In this document: positions 57,374 through 64,000 of the stretch, in pieces
How positions within the stretch are numbered: the stretch's first letter is position 1
How the letters are laid out: the number at the start of each line of letters is the position of its first letter
NCBI GenBank assembly: GCA_963678065.2
Contig: CAXXVZ010000003.1
Coordinates: forward strand, 576,001 to 640,000
Reading direction: 5' to 3'
Source: Treponemataceae bacterium
GTDB taxonomy: Bacteria; Spirochaetota; Spirochaetia; Treponematales; Rectinemataceae
DNA: 64,000 nt
Translations under genes and position numbers: made by a program
The notes under the pieces: model-generated
Seen by the model: the letters and a program-made list of their open reading frames with translations, nothing else
Told to the model about the DNA's origin: nothing
Databases searched by the model: none

Positions 57374-57832
57374 ATGAGTGCGTACGAAAATCTGTCCAAA
57401 CTTGGGTATACACTTCCGGCGCCACCGCCACTCGGGGGGCTGTATGTTAGGGTGAAACGGATCGGTAACATGGCTTACGTATCCGGGCAAGGGCCCACCT
57501 TGAACGGGGTGCCCGCGTTCAAAGGTAAGCTCGGCGTTGAGGTGACTCTGGCGCAGGGGCAGGAAGCCGCCAGGACCTGTACGCTTAACGCTCTGGCGGT
57601 TCTGCATGATTCGCTCGGTTCGCTCGATAAAGTCAAAAACGTTGTGAAAGTACTTGGATTCGTGGCGAGTGCTCCGGGATTCAACGACCAGCCAATGGTG
57701 ATCAACGGCTGTTCGCAACTACTCATCGACGTCTTCGGAGAGTCGGGAAAGCACGCTCGCTCAGCGATCGGTACCAATGAATTGCCCGGTAACATTCCTG
57801 TGGAGATAGAGTTCATATTCGAGGTCGAGTGA
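57374..57832 (+). CDS. Rid (YjgF/YER057c/UK114) family protein
   Basis: YVSGQGP, VVKVLGFV..F.DQP.VINGCS and HARSAIG..LP...PVEIE motifs. Confidence 0.93.
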   Translation: MSAYENLSKLGYTLPAPPPLGGLYVRVKRIGNMAYVSGQGPTLNGVPAFKGKLGVEVTLAQGQEAARTCTLNALAVLHDSLGSLDKVKNVVKVLGFVASAPGFNDQPMVINGCSQLLIDVFGESGKHARSAIGTNELPGNIPVEIEFIFEVE

Positions 57833-57944
57833 GCAGAGCACAGCGCACAGCCTCCTACCTGGTGCATGATGCTTTGAGAATGATGTATCTACCCGACATC
57901 GATTCATCGAAGCACGAAAAACCAGGTACCGGACCTTTGAAATC

Positions 57945-59222
57945 TCACTTATTCGCAAACCGGGACGTATGACTCCACAGTCCGAGTGAGGGGTTGGGAA
58001 TAAAAAAGAAAGGTTCACCTGCTCTGTTCGTGTTCCATCCTGGCACGCATGCTTCAGGCCTGTAGAGGGAAACGGCTTCGCTCATGCCGGTCCAACCAAA
58101 GTCAACCGATTCAATCTCTTCTTTTGTGACTCCAGGACCTGGAGCGTAGGTGACCGTGAATCTGCCCTCGGGACAGCCATGGATGAGATGCGCGGCGGCG
58201 GACATGCTCGCAGCAAGATCGGCGTTGTCTGCGACGAGCTGTACGATTTCCTTGCCCGACCGGTACCCGTATTTTCTGATGAGTGCGTCGATCTCGAGGT
58301 CTTCCCCGAAGCGCTCAAGCCCCGGAGCTATCACGACGAGCTCGCCACCGTCCGCCATAGCCATCCGTGTGCGGTAAACAGCCTTGTTTCCGATCCAGGT
58401 CGTCCTGAACATGGAAGGGTCGAGCCAGACGACCGCCTTTTTCAGGGGCACATCGAGGAGGTCGAGGTTGACCTCGCGGGAGAGGGCGGCTGCCCGCTCG
58501 AAGCAGTCCCTGTCGTCCCCCGAGAAAAATCCCCTGAGAGCAAGACTGCCATCCTGCCGTTGTCCGACGACCGTGAGCATCCAGAGGATGGGCGGCAGTT
58601 TGCTGCCATACCGTGCCAGCGCTTCGTCGAAAAGGGCGCGCACCGGGGTGTTCGTCCTGCCCATCATGCGCTCCATTCCGTAGACGGCTCCAAGGAAGTG
58701 GCTTTTGTCAATAGCTTCCTTTCCGCCCGCTCCGACGAATATGTTTTTGGCCTGGTTGGCCATGCCGACGACTTCGTGAGGGACCACCTGGCCGATCGAA
58801 ATGATCTTGTCGTAGGCACCAGATACGAGATCCCTGTGGACAGGCCAGTCATAATCGAGGAGGCCGCCAGAAACCGACGATACAAAACTCCCTTCGATCC
58901 GCCCAAGTTCAGTGACCCCATTTCTCCAGTCGTGACTGCGGAAAAGCGAAAGTGGGGTTTTCGGAAACATCGAGCCAAGCTCGGCACAGGTCATGGGTAT
59001 GTGGGTTCCAAGCGCGGGCATGACTGCCGCAAGGGAAGATCCCAGGTGGCCGTACACCATGTCAGTGATGAGGCCAGCCCTCGAGTGATGGCGAGTAAGG
59101 TCGGGAGGAAGCGCGATTGCGCGCTTTGAAGGGCCTGATTTCGTGATGCTCGACTCGACGAGCGAACGCAGTTCTTCGTCCGTGATGTCGGCCAGGGCCG
59201 AGCCGGTAGCTTCATATGTCAT
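57945..59222 (-). CDS. LarA-domain protein (second, divergent subfamily; possible sugar-acid epimerase)
   Basis: PPDLTRHHSRAG, PALGTH, HDWR, QVVPHEVVGMAN..KN and DGGELVVIAPG motifs; start ATG 59222. Confidence 0.82.
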   Translation of the reverse strand: MTYEATGSALADITDEELRSLVESSITKSGPSKRAIALPPDLTRHHSRAGLITDMVYGHLGSSLAAVMPALGTHIPMTCAELGSMFPKTPLSLFRSHDWRNGVTELGRIEGSFVSSVSGGLLDYDWPVHRDLVSGAYDKIISIGQVVPHEVVGMANQAKNIFVGAGGKEAIDKSHFLGAVYGMERMMGRTNTPVRALFDEALARYGSKLPPILWMLTVVGQRQDGSLALRGFFSGDDRDCFERAAALSREVNLDLLDVPLKKAVVWLDPSMFRTTWIGNKAVYRTRMAMADGGELVVIAPGLERFGEDLEIDALIRKYGYRSGKEIVQLVADNADLAASMSAAAHLIHGCPEGRFTVTYAPGPGVTKEEIESVDFGWTGMSEAVSLYRPEACVPGWNTNRAGEPFFFIPNPSLGLWSHTSRFANK

Positions 59223-59599
59223 GACCAACGAGTATACAGGAATCTGCACAAAAAACACCAGAAGGGTCTGATAGAACCATGGAAGAGAGTTGATTCCAGG
59301 TGACAGAGCCCGAAAATCTCCACCGTCCGGATAAAAGGAGACAACTCCTGCATTGAAATCCCTTGTCAGATCCATTCCGGAATCACGATACAGAAAATGG
59401 TACTTCCCCCGGCGATGAGATCATGAATTTCTTTCATTGACATTGCAATACGCTTTTTTGCGGGTTATCCTGAATAAGTTCCCTTGGTCATTCATGAGTT
59501 TTTTCAATGTGACCAATCGCATCTCGATTGAGATCCTTTGCGTTTCACGCAAAGATTCGGATCTGTCCCCGATCCTTGGGAATTTGCAAGGAAGCTGAA

Positions 59600-60763
59600 A
59601 TGTACAGACCGCCACGGGTGGCCCTCTTGGTCGAGACCTCGGTAGTGTACGGCCGGGGGATCCTAACCGGGATTTCTCAATATCTGCGTGAACATTATCC
59701 CTGGTCTATCTTTCTCGAACAGAAAGAACTTGGAGCCTTGCCGCCATCGTGGCTCGAATCGGGGAAATGGGACGGCATCATCAGCCGACCCACGAACCAC
59801 GAGCTGGCAGAGATCTTCCGGCGGATGAGCATGCCCGTCGTCGATCTCAACGATTTCTTCGACGATCTCGGTTTTCCCCGTATTGCATCGGACAACAGGA
59901 TGATCGGCAGATTGGGAGCCGAGCACCTTATAGAGAAGGGGTTCAGGCGCTTCGGTTTCTGTAGTTTCGTGCATGAGCTTTGGGCTGCGGACAGGCAGGA
60001 GGGCTTCGAGTCGTCGATAGAGAAAACCGGATGCACATGTTCTGTCTTTTCCACAGAATGGCGCGGGACGGCAGTTCCGACATGGGACAGAGACCAGAAG
60101 GATATCATGGACTGGCTTTCTTCTTTCGATCATCCGGCAGCCATAATGGCGTGCAACGATGTCCGCGGACGTCAGGTTCTCGACGCCTGCTATCTTCTGG
60201 GCATCCATGTACCGGAGGAGATTGCCGTCATCGGCGTAGACGACGAGAAAATTTTCTGCGAACTGAGTACCCCGCCGCTCTCAAGCGTCAGACCCAATCC
60301 CGAGTTGATCGGCTACCAGGCCGCGGACATGCTGGCCGCCCTCATGGCAGGCGGAGGGCCTCAGGGGGATGTACTCAGTCTAGTAGCTCCGATAGGTATC
60401 GTTTCACGTCAGTCTAGTGACGTGAGCGCCATCACCGACCCGGCTGTCGCTCAGGCTTTGCGCTTCATCAGGGATCAGGCATTGCACGGCTGCACCGTAG
60501 ACGATGTGCTCAAAAACGTCGCAATCTCCAGAAGTCCCCTCGAGAGAAAATTCCGCAAATTCATCGGAAGATCCCCCCAGGAAGAAATCTGGGCGATCAG
60601 GATCAACAGGATAAAAGAGCTGCTCAGGGAAACCGACCTCAAATTGCCTGCGATCGCGGAACTCTGCGGCTTCGAGCATCCCGAATACATGAGCGTGATA
60701 TTCAAGCGCGAAACCTGCATGACTCCGGGTGAGTATCGTGTCAGGACACACATGGCGGTTTGA
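59600..60763 (+). CDS. XylR-type regulator (periplasmic-binding-like domain plus AraC HTH)
   Basis: RVALLVETSVVYGRGILTGI, ACND..GRQVL, VPEEIAVIGVD and IAELCGFEHPEYMS..FKRE motifs. Confidence 0.9.
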   Translation: MYRPPRVALLVETSVVYGRGILTGISQYLREHYPWSIFLEQKELGALPPSWLESGKWDGIISRPTNHELAEIFRRMSMPVVDLNDFFDDLGFPRIASDNRMIGRLGAEHLIEKGFRRFGFCSFVHELWAADRQEGFESSIEKTGCTCSVFSTEWRGTAVPTWDRDQKDIMDWLSSFDHPAAIMACNDVRGRQVLDACYLLGIHVPEEIAVIGVDDEKIFCELSTPPLSSVRPNPELIGYQAADMLAALMAGGGPQGDVLSLVAPIGIVSRQSSDVSAITDPAVAQALRFIRDQALHGCTVDDVLKNVAISRSPLERKFRKFIGRSPQEEIWAIRINRIKELLRETDLKLPAIAELCGFEHPEYMSVIFKRETCMTPGEYRVRTHMAV

Positions 60764-60978
60764 AGCACAGCGTGAATCATTCTGCATTCCATGAGAATGG
60801 GTAAAGGATCTCAAGAAGGGGATGACCTCTCTCATTGCGGATTCCGGAATACGGCCTGACAATAACAACCGAAACGACGTGAGACGTGACTCCACGCCTG
60901 ACTCGAGTTGGGTTTTTCTGCCGGATCAAACGGTGGATAGTCTCTGGCGATTCCGATCGGCTTATGGAGAGAGGTATC

Positions 60979-62382
60979 ATGAATCCGGGGAAAACAACAT
61001 TCGCTTTATTCTTCGGCAACAGAGGCTTTTTTCCGGGGGAAGGGATACTGAAAGCCAGATTGCAGATGAAGGAGGCTGTCGAGAAAGCCGGTTGCGATGC
61101 GCTACTCATGGATGAAAGTCTGACCCACTTCGGAGCCGCAGAAAGCCTCGCCGAAGGTGAAAAATTCGCGGCTTTTCTAAAGGTAAACGAAGATGTATAC
61201 GATGGCGTCATAGTCTGCCTGCCGAATTTTGGCGACGAAAACGGCGCTCTCGCCGCATTGAAATTTTGCCGCAAACCGATTTTTATCCAGGCCTTTGAAG
61301 ACTCGCTTGACAAGATGGCTCCCGACGAGCGCTGTGATGCCTTCTGCGGAAAACTGGCCATGATGGACGCTCTGACACAGTCTGGCAAAAAATTCACAAT
61401 TTTCAAACCACATGTGCTCAATCCGGATCGCCCGCAATTCATTGGTCAACTCAAAGATTTCGCGGCGATTTGCCGGATTGTGCGAGGCATGAGCAACGTG
61501 AATATCGGCGCCATCGGCGCGCGCACCACCGCCTTCAAATCAGTGCGATGCGATGAGCTTACCCTGCAGAAATTCGGAATCAATGTGGAAACGATCGACC
61601 TTTCGACGGTCATCAACTTGGTAAAAACCTTTTCTGACGTACCGCGAGTTCGCGGAAAACTGGAATCGTTGAGGAAATACACGAATTTCGGCTGTGTTTC
61701 AGATGAAAAAGCGGAAACTATCGCGAAGCTCGAGTTGGTAGTTGAAGACTTGATTGCCGACTATCGCCTGGACTCCATCGCGATACGTTGCTGGAGCGAG
61801 ATTCAACAGCAATTGGGTGTTTCCCCCTGTGTGGTGATTTGCCGTCTCAACGATAGGGGCATCGCTGCTGCCTGTGAGTTGGATATTTCCAGCGCCGTAA
61901 TGCTCCGTATGCTCAGCCTGGCCAGCCAAGAAGCATCCTGTTGCATGGATTGGAATAACAATTACGGTACCGAATCGGAAAAATGTATTCTATTTCACTG
62001 TGGACCGGTGGCCAACAGCATGCTTAAAGCCAAGGGCACACTGCAGCCTCACGCCGTCTTGGGTAAAAGCTATGATCATGAAAACTGTGTAGGTGTCAAT
62101 ATCGGGGAGATGGCACAATTCGACTTCACGTATTCCGGTTTGAAGACTCAGGACGGCGTCATATCGATATATATTGGCGAAGGCGAATTGACCGATGATC
62201 CGGTCGATAAAGAATTTTTCGGCGTGCACAGTGTGGCGCTTGTGCCACGCTTGCAGGATGTCCTTTACCATATCGGCAAAAATGGATACCGGCATCATGT
62301 CTGCCTTTCCAAGGGGCGTTTTAGTGCCGCGGTCATGGAGGCCGCCGTAAACTATTTGGGATATAAAGCGGTTATATTGTGA
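60979..62382 (+). CDS. L-fucose/L-arabinose isomerase family protein
   Basis: GNRGFFP, NFGDE, DAFCGK, IRCW, ACELD, LFHCG and GYRHH motifs. Confidence 0.85.
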   Translation: MNPGKTTFALFFGNRGFFPGEGILKARLQMKEAVEKAGCDALLMDESLTHFGAAESLAEGEKFAAFLKVNEDVYDGVIVCLPNFGDENGALAALKFCRKPIFIQAFEDSLDKMAPDERCDAFCGKLAMMDALTQSGKKFTIFKPHVLNPDRPQFIGQLKDFAAICRIVRGMSNVNIGAIGARTTAFKSVRCDELTLQKFGINVETIDLSTVINLVKTFSDVPRVRGKLESLRKYTNFGCVSDEKAETIAKLELVVEDLIADYRLDSIAIRCWSEIQQQLGVSPCVVICRLNDRGIAAACELDISSAVMLRMLSLASQEASCCMDWNNNYGTESEKCILFHCGPVANSMLKAKGTLQPHAVLGKSYDHENCVGVNIGEMAQFDFTYSGLKTQDGVISIYIGEGELTDDPVDKEFFGVHSVALVPRLQDVLYHIGKNGYRHHVCLSKGRFSAAVMEAAVNYLGYKAVIL

Positions 62383-62408
62383 TATCGGTATAAGGCAGAG
62401 GGATCAGT

Positions 62409-63908
62409 ATGGCATATATCGCGCTGGACGTCGGCACAACAGGGTGTAAGGCCACGGTTATAGATGCTTTCGGGAAACCCCTGTACGCGGGTTATCACGA
62501 ATACGATCTTGTCTTTCCTCAGCCTGGTTGGATCGAGATAAACGCGAACAGGGTATTTAATAATGTATGTGCCGTATTGGCCGATGTGGGGATGCAGGGG
62601 ATCCCTGAACTTTCCGCTCTGGCGATCGCCTCTTTCGGCGAAGCAGTCATTCTTCTGGATGAAAACGACAAGGTTCTGGACAACAGCATCTATTACTCCG
62701 ACGTCCGGGGCAGCGCCGAGATCTCTGATATTCTCGAAAAGCTGGATCACACATCCATTCAGCGTATCACAGGCATGCCTGTAAATTCCATGTATTCTCT
62801 GAACAAACTTTTGTGGATCACCAAGCATAAACCGGAACTGCTCAAAAAAGCCAGGCGATTCATGCTATTCGGGGATTATATCGGCTTTCGCCTGAGCGGC
62901 GAGGCCTGCATTGATTTTTCACTGGCCTCTCGCAGCATGATGTTTGACATAGACAGGAAGCAATGGTCGGAAAGCATTTTCAACTGTTTCGGTTTTGACC
63001 GCGAGCGCTTCTCAAAGCCCATTGCAAGCGGCACGATATACGGAAATATTCGACCTGAAATAGCGAGAAAGCTCTCCCTGAATCCGGATCTGCGAATAGT
63101 GACTGGAGGCCACGATCAGGCTTGTGCGGCGCTGGGGACGGGCGCGATCGAAGCGGGTCAGGCGACAATCGGAATGGGGGCCTCTGATTGCCTCGTGGCA
63201 GTCCTCGATAAAGAACAAGCTGAATCCGACATGTACGCCGATAATTTTTGCCGCGAGCCTCATGTCGTTGGCGACAACTACATCACTCTCGCGTTTACAA
63301 CGACCTCCGGAGCCGCGCTCAAGTGGTACAGAGACACTTTCGAGAAATATCGCCATGCTGAGAATATACAGTGCAGCGTGAATACCTACGCCCGGTTGGA
63401 CGAAGAATGCCCTGACGCACCGACCGGCCTGCTTTTTCTTCCGCATATGGCGGGAAGTGGTACTCCAGCCATGGATTCAAACTCTTCCGGCGCTTTTCTG
63501 GGATTGAGACTCTCAACGACAAAATCGCAGATGTACAAAGCCATAATGGAAGGAATTTGTTTCGAGGGCAAATACAATCTTGAAAAGCTCGCGCAGCACG
63601 GCATTGCTGTCGCCCACTTGGTCGCGGCGGGAGGCGGCGCCTGCTCCCAGACTTTTTTGCAGATAAAAGCCGATATCACAGGTCTGGATATTGAAACGGC
63701 CGCAGTTACCGAAGCCGGAACCTTGGGGTTGGGCATCCTCTGCGCCCTGGCCCTGAAGGACTACCCCGATGTCCGCAGTGCAGTGGCCTCCATGACAAGA
63801 ACCATGGATCATTATGCGCCCGATCCCGTGCGGCATGCGCAATATGAAAATTACTACCGGCACTACAAGCGGATATACCAGACCTGCAATACCATCTGGG
63901 AGGAATAG
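62409..63908 (+). CDS. FGGY-family carbohydrate kinase (xylulokinase-like)
   Basis: ALDVGTTGCKA, YPQPGW-like FPQPGWIE, GGHDQ, FLPHMAGSGTP and GGGA motifs. Confidence 0.92.
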   Translation: MAYIALDVGTTGCKATVIDAFGKPLYAGYHEYDLVFPQPGWIEINANRVFNNVCAVLADVGMQGIPELSALAIASFGEAVILLDENDKVLDNSIYYSDVRGSAEISDILEKLDHTSIQRITGMPVNSMYSLNKLLWITKHKPELLKKARRFMLFGDYIGFRLSGEACIDFSLASRSMMFDIDRKQWSESIFNCFGFDRERFSKPIASGTIYGNIRPEIARKLSLNPDLRIVTGGHDQACAALGTGAIEAGQATIGMGASDCLVAVLDKEQAESDMYADNFCREPHVVGDNYITLAFTTTSGAALKWYRDTFEKYRHAENIQCSVNTYARLDEECPDAPTGLLFLPHMAGSGTPAMDSNSSGAFLGLRLSTTKSQMYKAIMEGICFEGKYNLEKLAQHGIAVAHLVAAGGGACSQTFLQIKADITGLDIETAAVTEAGTLGLGILCALALKDYPDVRSAVASMTRTMDHYAPDPVRHAQYENYYRHYKRIYQTCNTIWEE

Positions 63909-63913
63909 GAAAA

Positions 63914-64000
63914 ATGCCGCTTACGCAATCGCGACAAGAAGCCCTTGAACAAATCGATCGTATGCGTGCCAACAAAGCCTGTATGGCGATCTTTTGCACG
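63914..64000 (+). CDS. Start of next operon gene (truncated by the window); possibly a class II aldolase
   Basis: ATG 5 nt after the kinase stop, preceded by AGGA; MPLTQSRQEALEQIDRMRANKACMAIFCT. Product is guessed from context only. Confidence 0.4.
   Translation, partial: MPLTQSRQEALEQIDRMRANKACMAIFCT

Noticed and set aside
1..64000. CRISPR array, prophage, integrase or intact transposase
   Set aside because: No regularly spaced repeats or recognisable mobile-element proteins were seen by eye.

Overview
Bacterial chromosome segment, most likely from an anaerobic spirochaete (Treponema/Rectinema-like). This is inferred from the gene orders rpsF-ssb-rpsR-DUF2232-rplI-dnaB and rpsB-tsf-frr-uppS-cdsA-dxr-rseP (no pyrH), and from the extended S2/L9 C-termini. 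Bases 1-21263 are GC-rich housekeeping genes: HrpA-like helicase, trmB, hisS, ribosomal and replication genes, maf, tRNA-Arg(CCG), rnhA, a heterodimeric ABC exporter and an RluA-family synthase. From about 21300 to the end is a roughly 43 kb mosaic of catabolic modules with no CRISPR, phage or intact IS visible. (A) Sugar-type ABC importer, HemL-like PLP enzyme, LarA-family epimerase, amidohydrolase, URO-D/MtaA-like protein and GntR. (B) IclR, two tandem paralogous QueG/reductive-dehalogenase-like 2x[4Fe-4S] proteins, a U32-family Fe-S protein and a sugar-type ABC importer. (C) YheO/DauR regulator, TldD/PmbA, OppABCDF, PatB, amidohydrolase and ornithine cyclodeaminase. (D) A short glycyl radical enzyme with non-canonical AACWE/RVWGW motifs, its activase and a URO-D-like protein. 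(E) MlrC peptidase, D-threonine-aldolase-family enzyme and Rid protein. (F) Second LarA homolog, XylR, FucI/AraA-like isomerase, FGGY kinase and probable aldolase. Modules B and D are the best candidates for undescribed biochemistry. All calls come from motif recognition by eye; no database searches were run.
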